Source: Rhynchopus sp. YZ270_cl-10 (lineage: Eukaryota). Taken from it: a stretch of 64,000 bases of DNA. A program made the position numbers and the translations under genes. Positions 1-11,783 of this stretch are shown in pieces. The stretch is taken from the NCBI GenBank assembly GCA_964035575.1, contig OZ037841.1:744001-808000 (forward strand), in the 5' to 3' direction. Below the pieces are notes generated by a model. That model had not been told where the DNA came from. It did not search any database and was given only the letters and a program-made list of their open reading frames with translations. Within the stretch, counting starts at the first letter, position 1. Every line of letters begins with the position of its first letter.

Positions 1-3000
1 GCGCACTCAGTCACCTTGCACACCTGCGGGTCCGCGTTCAAATCCCAGTGGCACGACAGGTCCTTGTCGCAGTCCTTCTCGATCTTGTGCTTCGCGCAAA
101 CAGTGCCCCCGCACGCCTTTCCGTCCCACTTGCACAACGGGTCCTTGTCGCACACCTTCTGCGTTGTGTGCTGACACTCCTTTTCTGCGCAGTAATCCAC
201 CAACGTAGATGTCGGCGGTGTTGTCGTCCCAGCACCTCCAGGCTGCACCCACTGGCAGTCCGTCTTGGTCTCGCACCGGCCCTTCCCGTCCTCAAGACAC
301 TTCTTCACCTCACACGTCTTTGCTCCAGCGTTGAACAGGCACACATCCAATTTGCAGAAGTCCGGGTCACCTGCAGGCGCCACACATGAACGCATCGTGA
401 CACCCACAGAGTCGCATGTGTCCTCGTCTTTCATGTCACGGCACGGGTTGTCCACGCATGTGTCCTTCCCCCACACAACGTCCCACAGACACGTGTCGTC
501 CTTCTTGCAGTCGTCCACGTCCTTCGCCGTGCAGCCAGGCTTGTACTCACACATCTTCCCGTTCCACGCACACGCGCTCTGTGCGTTGCACTCCTTCTCC
601 GTGCAGAGTGGGTAGCACACAGACTCCGTGCAGGCCGGGCTCGAAGACCCGTCCCACGCACACGCAGTGTCTGCTGCACACTCGTTCTCCTCCACGTATC
701 TAGAACAGCCAGGTGCCACACCGCCAAGCGTCTTCCCGAACAGGCTGTCACGGTCGCACAGCTTGTTCAGCACCTGTCCTGCAATCTCGTCCAGCATCAG
801 GTTCATGAAGTGGTCTGCCTTCGGCTCGCTCACAAGCGGCATCAGCTTCACCTCTGCGTTGTCGTCCTGGAAGGTGTGCTTCTGGAAGCGGCGCATCACA
901 ATCCCGAACACCTGTACGTCCTCCGAACGCAGCTTCTCCTGCGCAGCATCCAGCTGACCGGGGTACGACGACTTCCATTTCCTGTCGATGCAGCGTCTGT
1001 CCCCACAACGTGTTTCGCAGCACGCATCACCGTCAATGTCTGTGATACCACCGTCTGCAATCAGGATCACAACGTGCTCACGCCACGCAGGGCTCTGCGA
1101 GGGCAGGAAGGTGTGGTCTGCCACATCCTGCATGGCGTCGTGCAGGTACGTCCACTGCGACTGGTAGTTGTCCTCGTGCCAGTCAATGTCACCGTTCAGC
1201 TCCGCACGGTTCCCAGACAGCAGACCATCGGTGCACTCACCCACCTTGCATCCCATCGGGTGGTCCTCGTCCGGGCGTGCGTCCGCCTTCGAGAACTGGA
1301 TGAAGGTCATACGGAATCCCTTGCCCTTCGAGTCGATGTTCGCACCCATCGTGTGGTCGTCACCCGTCAGCGGCACAGTCTTCATCCAGTCACGCAGAAT
1401 CTCCATCAGACCGTAGAATCCGTGGTTGTGGCGTCCGAACGAACGCTGCATCGAACCAGACCCGTCCAGAATGAAGGCCACATCCAGGTCGGGACACGTG
1501 TTGAAGCTTGTGCCCGCACAGTACCCACCCGACTGACTGTGTGACCACAGGCAGTCACTGTCCTTGTCACAGGCACACTTGTCGTCGTGCTTCTCACAAG
1601 TCTTCGGGACACACACGTCCGCCGCGTCCCACATGCACTTGTCGTCAGCATCGCAAGTCCCCTGTTTGGTGTACTTGGTTGCACACTCAGTCATCACGCA
1701 CACCTGCGGATCCGTCGCCACGTTGTAGGTGCACTTCTTGTTCCGGTCGCAGTCCTTCTCGTTCTTGTTCTTTGCACACTCTGTCAGCCCGCACGCCTTT
1801 CCGTCCCACTTGCAGGACGTGTCCTTGTCGCAGTCAGTCTGCTTATCATAGACACACTTCTTCACGTCGCAGAAGCCGACAAGCACGGACGGTGGTCCGC
1901 TCGGGAGACTCCCTGCAGGCGGCACCCACTCGCAGTCTGTCTTTGTCTCGCACCGGCCCTTCCCGTCCTCAAGACACTTCTTCACCTCGCACGTCTTCGA
2001 TCCAGGCACGTACGCACACGTCTGCAGGTTGCAGTAATCGGGGTCTGCCGCCGAAGAAGTGCAGTCCGCACCCCCGAGCACCTCAATGTGCCCCTCGCAC
2101 GAGTCCTGCTTCCCGTTGTAGTCACGGCACGGGTTCACCACACACGTCGTCTTCCCCCACACAACGTCCCACAGGCACGTGTCGTCTGCCTCACAATCAT
2201 CCTGCGACTTCCCCGCGCACTGTGGCGGCTTCGGATCGCAGCGGTCGCCCGACCACGTGCACTTGTCGTTCGCAGAGCACTCCTTCTCTGTGCACAGAGG
2301 GAAGCACACAGACTCGCCGCACTCCGCCATCGCACTGTCCCACAAGCACCCTGCAGCACCCATGCACTCGTCCTTGTCCGTCTTCACTGTGCATGCAGAC
2401 GATCCGCCGCTGTTTCCGTTCCCGTTTCCGTTCGATGTCGTCAGACCCTTCCCAAACTTGCTCGTCTTGTCGCACAGCTTGTTCAGCACCTGTCCTGCAA
2501 TCTCGTCCAGCATCAGGTTCATGAAGTGGTCTGCCTTCGGCTCGCTCACAAGCGGCATCAGCTTCGTCTCTGCGTTGTCGTCCTGGAAGGTGTGCTGCGT
2601 GAAACGGCGCATCACAATCCCGAACACCTGCACGTCCTCGCTTGCCAGCTTCTTCTCCGCATCCGCCAGCTGACCGGGGTACGACGTCTTCCAGTTCCTG
2701 TCGATGCAGTTCGGGTCCCCGCAGCTCGTCTGGCAGCACGCATCACCGTCAATGTCTGTGATACCACCGTCTGCAATCAGGATCACAACGTGCTTCCTCC
2801 AGTCCGGGCTCTGCGAGGGCAGGAAGGTGTGGTCTGCCACATCCTGCATGGCGTCGTGCAGGTACGTCCACTCGGATTGGTAGTTCGCCTCGTGCCAGTC
2901 AATGTCACCGTTCAGCTCCGCACGGTTCCCAGACAGCAGACCATCGGTGCACTCACCCACCTTGCATCCCATCGGGTGGTCCTCGTCCGGGCGTGCGTCC

Positions 3001-3223
3001 GCCTTCGAGAACTGGATGAAGGTCATACGGAATCCCTTGCCCTTCGAGTCGATGTTCGCACCCATCGTGTGGTCGTCACCCGTCAGCGGCACAGTCTTGA
3101 CCCAGTCGCGCAGAATCTCCATCAGACCGTAGAATCCGTGGTTGTGGCGTCCGAACGAACGCTGCATCGAACCAGACCCGTCCAGAATGAAGGCCACATC
3201 CAGGTCGGGACACGTGTTGAAGT
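1..3223. repeat. Intragenic tandem duplication of an approximately 1.7-kb module (Cys-rich region plus vWA)
   Basis: Sequence from position 1 aligns with 1681 onward (offset 1680). The vWA DNA at about 1031-1507 is near-identical to about 2747-3223 (offset 1716). Confidence 0.9.
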
Positions 3224-4028
3224 TCTTGTCCGCACAGTACGGGTCCGACGAAGAGTCATGCCACACACAGTCCGAGTCCTTCGCACACAGACACCGGTCA
3301 GGCATCGGCTGGTTGTACTTGTTGCATGTCTTTGGCACACATGTGTTGTCCTTCGAGTACACCATGCACTTGTCGCTCCCCGGACACTGGCTCAGACTCA
3401 GCTTCCCACACTCGGTCTCCGTGCAGCGTGCCATCATCTCCCCAAAGAACTCCCACGTGCACCGTGTGTCCTGTTTGCACAGCAGCTCGTCGCTGTGCTC
3501 CCCACACGACGTAGTTGTGCAGTCACCAGACGACCAAGCACAGCCCTTCTTCCCGTCACAGTCCTTCTGCGACGTGCCCTTGCAGTAGTCCTCCGTGCAG
3601 TGCAGCACCTGGCGCGATGGGGCATCCCCCGACACGTCTCCCTTCGCACCCCAGTGGCACATACCCCCGTTCGAGCTCGGCTCGGAGTTGCACGGACTCT
3701 CCGAAAACTGCAGGCACTCCCGCACGTGGCACGACGGCCGCAACGTCGGGTTGTACGTGCACACCTCCACCTTGCAGAAGTCAGGGTCGCTGGGCGGCGC
3801 AGAGCACCCCGGTGCTGGCATGTCCACAGACACCACCGAGCACTGCTCCCCGTTCACCATCTGCGCACACGGGTTCTCCGTGCACAGGTTCGGCGACCAT
3901 ATAGGACTCCACAGACACGTCGAGTCCTCGCCACAGCCAGCCTTGTCCGTCAGGTCCGAACACGCTGCCTGCGCCCCAACAGCCAGCGACAGCAGCACTG
4001 CTGCCTGTCGCACCGCTCGCAGTGCCAT
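1..4028 (-). CDS. Secreted cysteine-rich protein with tandem von Willebrand factor A (vWA) domains; 3' end lies beyond the window start
   Basis: Missing from the ORF track because it has no stop inside the window. Manual translation from ATG 4028 gives MALRAVRQAAVLLSLAVGAQAACSDL (signal-peptide-like), Cys-rich repeats, then CPDLDVAFILDGSGSM (MIDAS DxSxS), WTYLHDAM and VVILIADGG. The vWA unit occurs twice (about 3220-2470 and 1505-755). The same frame reads PQVCKVTEC at positions 29-3. Confidence 0.9.
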   Translation of the reverse strand, partial: MALRAVRQAAVLLSLAVGAQAACSDLTDKAGCGEDSTCLWSPIWSPNLCTENPCAQMVNGEQCSVVSVDMPAPGCSAPPSDPDFCKVEVCTYNPTLRPSCHVRECLQFSESPCNSEPSSNGGMCHWGAKGDVSGDAPSRQVLHCTEDYCKGTSQKDCDGKKGCAWSSGDCTTTSCGEHSDELLCKQDTRCTWEFFGEMMARCTETECGKLSLSQCPGSDKCMVYSKDNTCVPKTCNKYNQPMPDRCLCAKDSDCVWHDSSSDPYCADKNFNTCPDLDVAFILDGSGSMQRSFGRHNHGFYGLMEILRDWVKTVPLTGDDHTMGANIDSKGKGFRMTFIQFSKADARPDEDHPMGCKVGECTDGLLSGNRAELNGDIDWHEANYQSEWTYLHDAMQDVADHTFLPSQSPDWRKHVVILIADGGITDIDGDACCQTSCGDPNCIDRNWKTSYPGQLADAEKKLASEDVQVFGIVMRRFTQHTFQDDNAETKLMPLVSEPKADHFMNLMLDEIAGQVLNKLCDKTSKFGKGLTTSNGNGNGNSGGSSACTVKTDKDECMGAAGCLWDSAMAECGESVCFPLCTEKECSANDKCTWSGDRCDPKPPQCAGKSQDDCEADDTCLWDVVWGKTTCVVNPCRDYNGKQDSCEGHIEVLGGADCTSSAADPDYCNLQTCAYVPGSKTCEVKKCLEDGKGRCETKTDCEWVPPAGSLPSGPPSVLVGFCDVKKCVYDKQTDCDKDTSCKWDGKACGLTECAKNKNEKDCDRNKKCTYNVATDPQVCVMTECATKYTKQGTCDADDKCMWDAADVCVPKTCEKHDDKCACDKDSDCLWSHSQSGGYCAGTSFNTCPDLDVAFILDGSGSMQRSFGRHNHGFYGLMEILRDWMKTVPLTGDDHTMGANIDSKGKGFRMTFIQFSKADARPDEDHPMGCKVGECTDGLLSGNRAELNGDIDWHEDNYQSQWTYLHDAMQDVADHTFLPSQSPAWREHVVILIADGGITDIDGDACCETRCGDRRCIDRKWKSSYPGQLDAAQEKLRSEDVQVFGIVMRRFQKHTFQDDNAEVKLMPLVSEPKADHFMNLMLDEIAGQVLNKLCDRDSLFGKTLGGVAPGCSRYVEENECAADTACAWDGSSSPACTESVCYPLCTEKECNAQSACAWNGKMCEYKPGCTAKDVDDCKKDDTCLWDVVWGKDTCVDNPCRDMKDEDTCDSVGVTMRSCVAPAGDPDFCKLDVCLFNAGAKTCEVKKCLEDGKGRCETKTDCQWVQPGGAGTTTPPTSTLVDYCAEKECQHTTQKVCDKDPLCKWDGKACGGTVCAKHKIEKDCDKDLSCHWDLNADPQVCKVTEC

Positions 4029-5697
4029 TGCGCTGTCTCCTTGCAAGAGCAGCACCAGCGTCCGCTTCCGCAGAAAAAGGTCCCCCTTACTGTTCCCTCT
4101 CTGTTTCTGCTTCTGCTCTTTCTTCCTCTTCTTCTTTTGTGTATTGTGTAGCTGGTCAGAGGTATGTTCGTGAAGCTTGCATGAACCAACAAAAGACAAA
4201 CCTGTCCCACTCCCTCCTTCCCTCCATCGCTCCCCACCCCAAAGCAAAGCACCATCCCAACACGAGCAAGGGAAACCAAATGGTTCTCACCAAAGAGAAC
4301 CAGGCAGCATCTTGCAGGACAAAGGTACTAACAACGGGAGCTCACCTCCCTGCACAGACCACCCACAACAAACCACACCCGAGATGTGAACCAACAGCAC
4401 CAACCGTGCACAGCACTGGGTTGGCTTTGTGAAGACCAGGACGAACAGCCACACTGCCTGGGCAGTTGCAGCAGTGCGAAAGTGATGAGAGTGAGTCAAC
4501 ACCGTTCTGTCTCCACCAACAGGCACAGCACACCACAGCAAGTGGTCAGTCCCCAACCCAACCCTGCCCCCCACAGTTCACGCTCCTCTCAAACAGGCTC
4601 TTGGTGATGCACACCGGCCACCACTGCTTCCTCAGCCCTCCCATCTTCCCCAGACTCAACCCTCATGAGGAACGCAACATCTGATATCATATACGGAAGG
4701 AAGAGTTGTTGCCCTCTGCACCAGGGCAACATCCACCCTTCACCCGGCAGAATATTATTGTGAACAATAAAATGTACCCAAAAACATCATCGCGTACACG
4801 TGTCTTCCGACTGTGTTGTCCTTTCAGGAGCTCTTGCAAGCGAAAGGACTCCAGGTTGGACGAACACATCAACAGACACACCACAGTAGATTGCGAGTCC
4901 CCACCCTGCCCACCCCAACTCCACCGTGATGCACAGGATACAACCTCGTCCTCAAGACAGTGCTCGTCGCCATCTCCCAGCACCTTTTCAAATGTGACCA
5001 AAACAAAGAACCGTTCAGCTTTCAACCCACCATCTCAACCCCTTCACATGATCTCTCCCAACCCAACAGCCAACGACACTGCACCCGAAGCCTTCCTCCA
5101 CATTTGTGCTGCACAGACAACACACAGCACAACCCCAGCCGCTGGTGGGTCAACACAAGATCGACACACCTGCGCGCAAAGCCAGAAGCTCTTCACACTT
5201 GCATCGCACACAGAAGCGAACGTGCAGTGTGGCACCCCAACCCAACCCAAAAAACACCCTTCTCACAGACGCTCACTCAACCATGCGAACGTGCAGCGTA
5301 CCCCACCCACCCTCGCAGCACAGAGTGGACAACAAGTCAACACTTCTGAGCTGCCACACAGAAGACCCAACCCACCCAACCATAAAGACAAACAGATGCA
5401 TTCAGTAGACCATCGTGAAACGTATCCGGTTATAATCAGTGTCGATCAGCGAGCTGGGATTATGATTTGTCATCATGTTCTTGGCAGGACAATGTTGAGA
5501 GAGAGAGGAAAGAAGGGCCAAACGAAGGCGGAAAGAATTCAGCAAATAAGAAATTGGTGTTGACTTTAAGCGTATAATCCTCTGGTGTATCATATTGACG
5601 TGCAAATGTTTGGTCATCATTACCTATCGTTCGGGGGACAAGCAGTTCAAATATGCGGTACTTTTTTTTTTTTTTTTCTTTTTTCTGTTTCTCTTTT

Positions 5698-6584
5698 CAG
5701 GCCTTTTGCTAACCATCATGCCATCGTGCCACGTTTTTGGGCGTTTTTTATTTTTTTTTCCATCATGCCACGGGGGGTGGTGGGGCAGGGCTTTCGCTAT
5801 CCATCACCTGGGGATTTCCCCCCCAGATGGCATGATGGCATGATGGCACGATGGCACGATGGCACGATGGCACGATGGCACGATGGCACGATGGCACGAT
5901 GGCACGATGGCACGATGGCACGATGGCACGATGGCACGATGGCACGATGGCACGATGGCACGATGGCACGATGGCACGATGGCACGATGGCACGATGGCA
6001 CGATGGCACGATGGCACGATGGCACGATGGCACGATGGCACGATGGCACGATGGCACGATGGCACGATGGCACGATGGCACGATGGCACGATGGCACGAT
6101 GGCACGATGGCACGATGGCACGATGACACCTTACAATTTTTCTGCTCGCTTCGCTCGCTGTACGCTATTTTCTTCCTGCCTACGGTGCCATTTTACAATG
6201 TCTAAGGGGATTCCCTTGCATTTTGCAGCCAGAAATGAAACTTGACCCAAGCTGCAAAAAATTGACCATTCTTATTTCAAAGCAACCCAACCGTTGCAAC
6301 AGCCCCTGCTTCTGGAAGACCTATTGATTTTGTACGGTTAGTGTACGTAAGGCGCAAGACCAAGGACCGTTAATAAAGGATTATATTCCGTTTTTTGTTT
6401 ATATCTCGCAAAGCTGACCCTTCGCCTCTCCACCCTGTGGCTGGCAGGGAGGCGCGCGCGAAGCGCGCGACGACCGCTTTCACCAGGCGGGAAAGCTCGG
6501 AATGTACTTTTTTTTCCAGGAAATTATTTTTTTTTGACCATCATGCCATTCAGGGGGAAAATCCCAAAGTTAGCAAAAGGCCTG
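5698..6584. mobile_element. Non-autonomous TIR element (MITE), 887 bp, 16-bp perfect TIR, 9-bp TSD
   Basis: CAGGCCTTTTGCTAAC (5698-5713) and its exact reverse complement GTTAGCAAAAGGCCTG (6569-6584). TTCTCTTTT flanks both ends directly (5689-5697, 6585-6593). A second imperfect inverted pair lies inside (5811-5838 / 6538-6565). Confidence 0.9.
5827..6125. repeat. 8-bp tandem repeat (ATGGCACG)n, about 37 copies, inside the MITE
   Basis: Directly visible. The first copies are ATGGCATG, followed by homogeneous ATGGCACG. Confidence 0.98.
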
Positions 6585-8641
6585 TTCTCTTTTCCCCTCA
6601 CTCTCGACACGATTACCATGCTTTTCCGGCATGACAACTCACGTCATAAAATGAGGAATGTGCATGAGAATTGGTGCGCCTAACACTCCCCCCTGGACCG
6701 GAGGCAAGAGGACACATCAGCCACAAGAATATGGTCTCTGCACCCTGCTTCTTCATCCTCATTACCAAACCTTCATTGGAGACAGGCCACAGGGGGGGGG
6801 AGGGGGGGTGATGGCGAAACACCACCCCCACGCAGGGGTGTTGGGTGTAAATGGTTGTAAATGGGCTACGCAGGGTATGGGGTATGGGGTATGGGGCATG
6901 GAGAGGAAAGCAGACACTACAAAGAAAGAAGGATGTCAGATGACACATAAGCCTCGAGTGCTAAGTCACCTTGAAAAAAAAAAGAAATGTTCGACGCGGG
7001 TGAGCCATGCGCTGCACACCACACATCAAAAAGAAAGACATATCTCGCCTACAAGAACATCTTTCACAAAAAGATAAAAAGAGAGGGGAAAGCGGAAGAG
7101 GGAAAAAAGCAAAAAGCTTGGTACGCTGAAACCTAAGCAAACAGTGCTTGGACACCGAAAGCCCCCCTACGTTGCGACCCCAAGACCTACAGATGTATGA
7201 TGATGCTTCCTTTGAGATAGCATCTTCATTTACGGTATGTTGACTGAGGTACTACAAATAGAGGGAAGCGAGTACAATGCAAAGCAGAGGGCAGTACTCA
7301 GATCAGTGGATCTGAGTTAGAAGCAAAAAAACACAGGTACGTGTCTCTGCCTCCAGTGGGAGGGGGGAGGAAAATGACGTTAGGGAAAGCGGAGCTTTGC
7401 ACACAGGTGGAAACTATGCTATTCCAACGATTTAACAAATTGTTTCATATACTAACTATTCTACTGAATAGAAGGTATAATAGGGGTGCACTAAATGTAC
7501 CCAAAAAAAAGTAAAAACTGTAGAAGGAAAGGGGAAAAAGGGTGGGGGAGAAATGTTCAGAAAAAAAAACCCCAGTTCTGGGTGACAGAACAGGAGGCTC
7601 GGAGGGAACACAGCAAAAAGAAAAAAGAAAAAGAGAGAGAAGAGAACTAGAAATCAGTTGATCCCAGCCCAGATGATCAAAAAAAAAGGGTGCTGGATTC
7701 CATTTTTTTTAAACGGTTTCCAATTCCTGGAGAGAGGGGGGTAGACGTCAGTCAGACGCCACCCGCCTGAAATAAGAAATGGAAGACGTACACAAAATAC
7801 CAAACCTTTTTCTTTTTTTTCCCATAAAACGTCACAGAAAAACACGAAGTGTGGAGAGGGGAAAGGAGGGGGGGTGTACCTTATAATTGATATAAAAGAA
7901 GTATTTCAACGTATGCCTTCAATAAATTGATAGCATAGGTATAGAGCATTAAAAAGAGAGAAATTGTGTCAGATGAATATAAGCCTCGCGTGCTTGATCA
8001 CCTTCAAAAAAAAAAAAACAGACAAAACAAATGATATTGTAAAGGAAACAAGGAAGGTACAAAAATAACTCAAATAAGATGGGAGCGGGGGGGAAAGAAC
8101 AAAAGCTACTTTTCGGCAGCTCCGCACAACGAAAAACTTGTTTTGAGAACTTTTTTTTTGAGGGGTGTCACCGGATACCGACATTACTAAGAAAAGAATA
8201 ATATTTAGCCAATGTCGGCCATTTTTTCCTTTTTTTGTAGCTACGCAAAAAAAAAGGTACAGGCGCAGTTACCTTTATCCTTACCTACGACAATCTTCCT
8301 TCAGAAATGATATTCACATATGGTTTAGAGATACAGGAAGATCTGCCCTTGTTAATAAAGCAAAAGAGAGGGAGAAATCGTGAGGGGTGAAAATGTAAAT
8401 TTAAAGTAATGAGAGAAGATGTGAACGTTCAGCATGCATATGTTTACAAGGGGGAGAGACACTGTGGAGACAGATTTTTAGTGAAAAATACTCTGTTTTG
8501 ACGGGGTTTGTGTACATTTTTTTTTTTTGATAAATTGTTGGGGGTGAAGTTGCCTCGGTTGTGTTACCACTTTTGGTTTGGTTTGCCTTTATTTTGTTAT
8601 TCTCCCTTCTCAAAAAAGGGAAAGTTGATCAAACTTCGCAA

Positions 8642-9130
8642 CTGGTGCTTCCCGGGGGGTATGCATTTCACAAATTTTCAATTCAATTCACAACTTTTCA
8701 CAACTATTCACAACTTTTCACTACCCTTTTTTCTCTCGTTGGTGAAGCTCTTAAACGCCGGCATTTGCATTTCCGGAATCCGTACGGCCAGTGGTGGGGT
8801 CAATTTGCCGAAATGGACAAGTTCTCGTCATTTCCGCACATCACACAGTACACAGGTACACAGGTACACCACATCACGTTCTATCTTGTGAATCCCAGCG
8901 TACCCCTCAATGGGTGGGTCACCACCCCGCCCAAAAAAAAAGCACACAAAAAAAAAAATCAATTCACAACTTTTCACAACTATTCACAACTTTTCACATT
9001 TTTTCACAATTTTTCACCACTTTTCACCAGCCTTCACAATTTTGTAGCGGTTTTCGTGTTGTGAAAATTTGTGAAAACTTGTCACATTTTGTGAAAATTT
9101 GTGAAATGCACACCCCCCGGGAAGCACCAG
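8642..9130. mobile_element. Non-autonomous TIR element (MITE), 489 bp, about 39-bp TIR, possible 3-bp TSD (CAA)
   Basis: Left end CTGGTGCTTCCCGGGGGGTATGCATTTCACAAATTTTCA, right end TGAAAATTTGTGAAATGCACACCCCCCGGGAAGCACCAG (one mismatch). CAA flanks both sides (8639-8641, 9131-9133). Subterminal TTCACAA / TTGTGAA repeats are present. Confidence 0.88.
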
Positions 9131-10685
9131 CAACATCATTAACAATGGTATACCTACAATGTAGAACACCAAAAATAACGAAAAAAACCCCATCTTTTTT
9201 CTGTCAAAAACAGAGCAGTCTGCGAAACTGACAATATTTTTTTAGCAGAAACGAATTTTGTAACAAAAAAAATGGACAAAAAAGCAGATTTTGATGTGAT
9301 AACCGAAAAAAAGGGGGCGGAAAATATGCATGACAACGTCTTTGTACGAATTTCTATAAGACATGTGTCTCTACAAGCTATTTTCTGTGATTATTAATCA
9401 CACTGTTTGTTTGCAACCAAACAACGTGAAAAAAAAGAAACAAATAACAGCAGTGAGGTCATGTCAGAAAAAAACCTGAGGTCGTGTTTCATAGCATAGT
9501 TTCAACAATATAGTCAAACGGAACGTACCCTTGTTAATAATAGTAACAAAGAGTGCGTGATGTGCCTGTCTTATGAACACACACATCTTGAATAGATGGA
9601 ATCATTAAATGGAGGGGGGGAAATATCGAAAAAAGGTCATAACGAGCCTGGCCAAGCTGGAAATACCTTTAAAAAATATGTGGTATTGCACCTTCGCACT
9701 TCTTTTTGCATTAGGTGTGCGCCGTTGACTTATTTAAAAAAATGTGGAAAAAATAAAAAAAAGAAAATAATCGAATTTTGTACAGCAAGGTAGCATAGTA
9801 TCAAACAAAACACCTTACCAAAGAAGACAAGGTTATTGTACACAACATGAATACCACCTGGCGAATGCCCATCAAGCTTGCAGACTGCATGCACTTCATT
9901 ATTCAAGAGTGCGGGCAGAGCGGTGTGAAGTTAGGGCAAACCCCGCTGCTTATTTTCTTCCAAAATAAATGCTGATAAATTATTTCATATACTTTCTACT
10001 GAATAGAAGGTATAATAAAGTTGATTAAAAAAAAAATAAAAAAGGTTTGTAAGATGAACCTAAACCTCGATGTGCTTAGCTACACTACACTTCAAGAATT
10101 TAAGAAAACAAAACAGGAGAGACAAACATAAACACAACAACTCTGGGTGTTTATTTTGGACAAATATCGTAAAGCGCACCTTAAGATAAAGTAGGGTGAC
10201 TGTAAAAAAAAATGGAATTTGGCAACACAGTGTGCCTGCACCTGATGGAACTGAAATGGTTAGAGGTAAGTTAGCAAAAATTCTCTTCGGTGCAGACAAG
10301 CTGTGCAAGACTGCCCCCTTCATAGGGCAGGAGAATGAGATGAAAAAACCCCTCCTTCATGACTTCTTCAAAAAATGCAAGATCTCAATACTAGTGTACT
10401 TCATAATAGTATTCAAACGCAAAGGGCATATAAAAGCTTTGTGATGCTGCAAGCATCATATGGGAGTAAGGTGAACGGAAAAGATGTGGTGACAGATATA
10501 TCCACAAATGCAAGCATTCTGCTGTTGCATCTTGAAACGGATTACTTTTGAAATAATGAAGAGAAATGGAAATAAAGAAGGCTCTAATAAAGAGGCCTTA
10601 TACACATAAGCAAAGGATGTACTCCACACACACAAATTTTGAAATTAATTAATGAAAAGCCAAGAAACGGACCTTGTCAGGCGTT

Positions 10686-11783
10686 TTATTTAGCTACTGC
10701 AGATACAAGCCCGTTGACGATCTCGATCTGTTCGGGTGTGCCCCGCTCTGCAACAACAGGGCTGGCTCTGTGCAGCATGTCCTTTAGAAGCGTTGTCACC
10801 ATTTTGCGTTGGTTTTTTGCGACCTTCCCGCAAAGTGTTTTGAGGGCTTGGGTGATGCAAAGGATGGTGCGTGTTCCTACGAAGCCGATGACGTAGAGCG
10901 ATGCCATGAGCGAGAGGATTAGTGTGCCTGCCTTCGTCGGTGTGCATACGAAGTCCTGGAAGTGTGCTTGGCAGAGGCGGAGCAGGTCGCTGCGGAAGGG
11001 GAGGTGCTCCGGTCGCACGTTGTCTCTGGCGCAGAGGTGGCTGGAGATGTCGGCACACAGCTCTGCACACTGCGTCAGGCACCCAGGGTTCGCAAGCACG
11101 TAGCGGACAACACTGCGCGCCGCATCGCTCTCGTCCTCGCACCCCGTCAGGCATTGCAGACGTGCCATCGCAACGTCCGCATCTGCGCGTGTCAGCCGCT
11201 CGCTGCCGTCGCTGTGCTGCGACTCCGAGCCCTCATCGCTCTTCTCATCAAACCCCTCCTCCGCAACACCCGTCGCCCGCGTTGTCGCGCAGGTCGCTCT
11301 CTTGAAGGTCTGCGGCTTCACACTGGCTTGGCATGAACACACAGCTGCACCCGGCTGCATCAGGCGGGAGCAGTCGGGGCACCGCCCCTTTCCCTTCTTG
11401 GGGGCTGCGGGCTGCAGCAGAGGTGCTGCGGGGAGCAGTGCGGGCAGCGCTGTGTGCGACGGCGGGGTCAGGCATGTCGAGGAGCTGGACGCAGACGGCG
11501 AGAGTGCTGCTTGCGAGGGGCAGAAGTACGGGGGCGTACACATCGGCACCTGCTGCTGAAACTGGAGCTGGTGGCCATACGCTGCAGGCACCCCTGCATA
11601 CGCATACTGCCCCTGCGGCACGGCCCCAGCCACACCCTGCAACAACTGCGCAGCGGGGGTAGAAGGGGCAGACGGGACAGAGGGAGTAGACGGGGAGGGT
11701 GGGCAGCCCAGGAACACCCCTGCAGACGCCCCCTGTTGGGAGGCCACGTTCTGTGGGGGCTGCTGGGGGTACGACATGCGCAT
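10686..11783 (-). CDS. Protein with a Pro/Gln/Ala-rich N-terminus, a Cys cluster (CPDC...CSC) and a C-terminal MIF4G-like domain; start at 11783 or 11777
   Basis: GC-rich 365-aa ORF in AT-rich flanks. The C-terminal CAELCADIS...FRSDLLRLCQAHF...ILSLMASLYVIGFV resembles MIF4G helices of eIF4G-type proteins (recognised by eye). Confidence 0.7.
   Translation of the reverse strand: MRMSYPQQPPQNVASQQGASAGVFLGCPPSPSTPSVPSAPSTPAAQLLQGVAGAVPQGQYAYAGVPAAYGHQLQFQQQVPMCTPPYFCPSQAALSPSASSSSTCLTPPSHTALPALLPAAPLLQPAAPKKGKGRCPDCSRLMQPGAAVCSCQASVKPQTFKRATCATTRATGVAEEGFDEKSDEGSESQHSDGSERLTRADADVAMARLQCLTGCEDESDAARSVVRYVLANPGCLTQCAELCADISSHLCARDNVRPEHLPFRSDLLRLCQAHFQDFVCTPTKAGTLILSLMASLYVIGFVGTRTILCITQALKTLCGKVAKNQRKMVTTLLKDMLHRASPVVAERGTPEQIEIVNGLVSAVAK

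Noticed and set aside
810..4151. Long plus-strand ORFs (854 aa, 338 aa, 244 aa)
   Set aside because: Antisense shadows of the GC-rich minus-strand vWA gene, with no recognisable domains.
4706..5563. 285-aa plus-strand ORF
   Set aside because: A/C-rich low-complexity intergenic sequence that is naturally stop-poor, with no motif and on the wrong strand for the cluster.
5585..6245. MARWHDGT / PSCHRAIV repeat ORFs
   Set aside because: These are translations of the 8-bp microsatellite inside a MITE, open in all frames on both strands.
7197..7317. TGATGA...CTGA pairs and a 9-bp hairpin (7296-7317) suggestive of a box C/D snoRNA
   Set aside because: On the strand opposite the gene cluster, with no convincing terminal stem or guide complementarity that I could verify.
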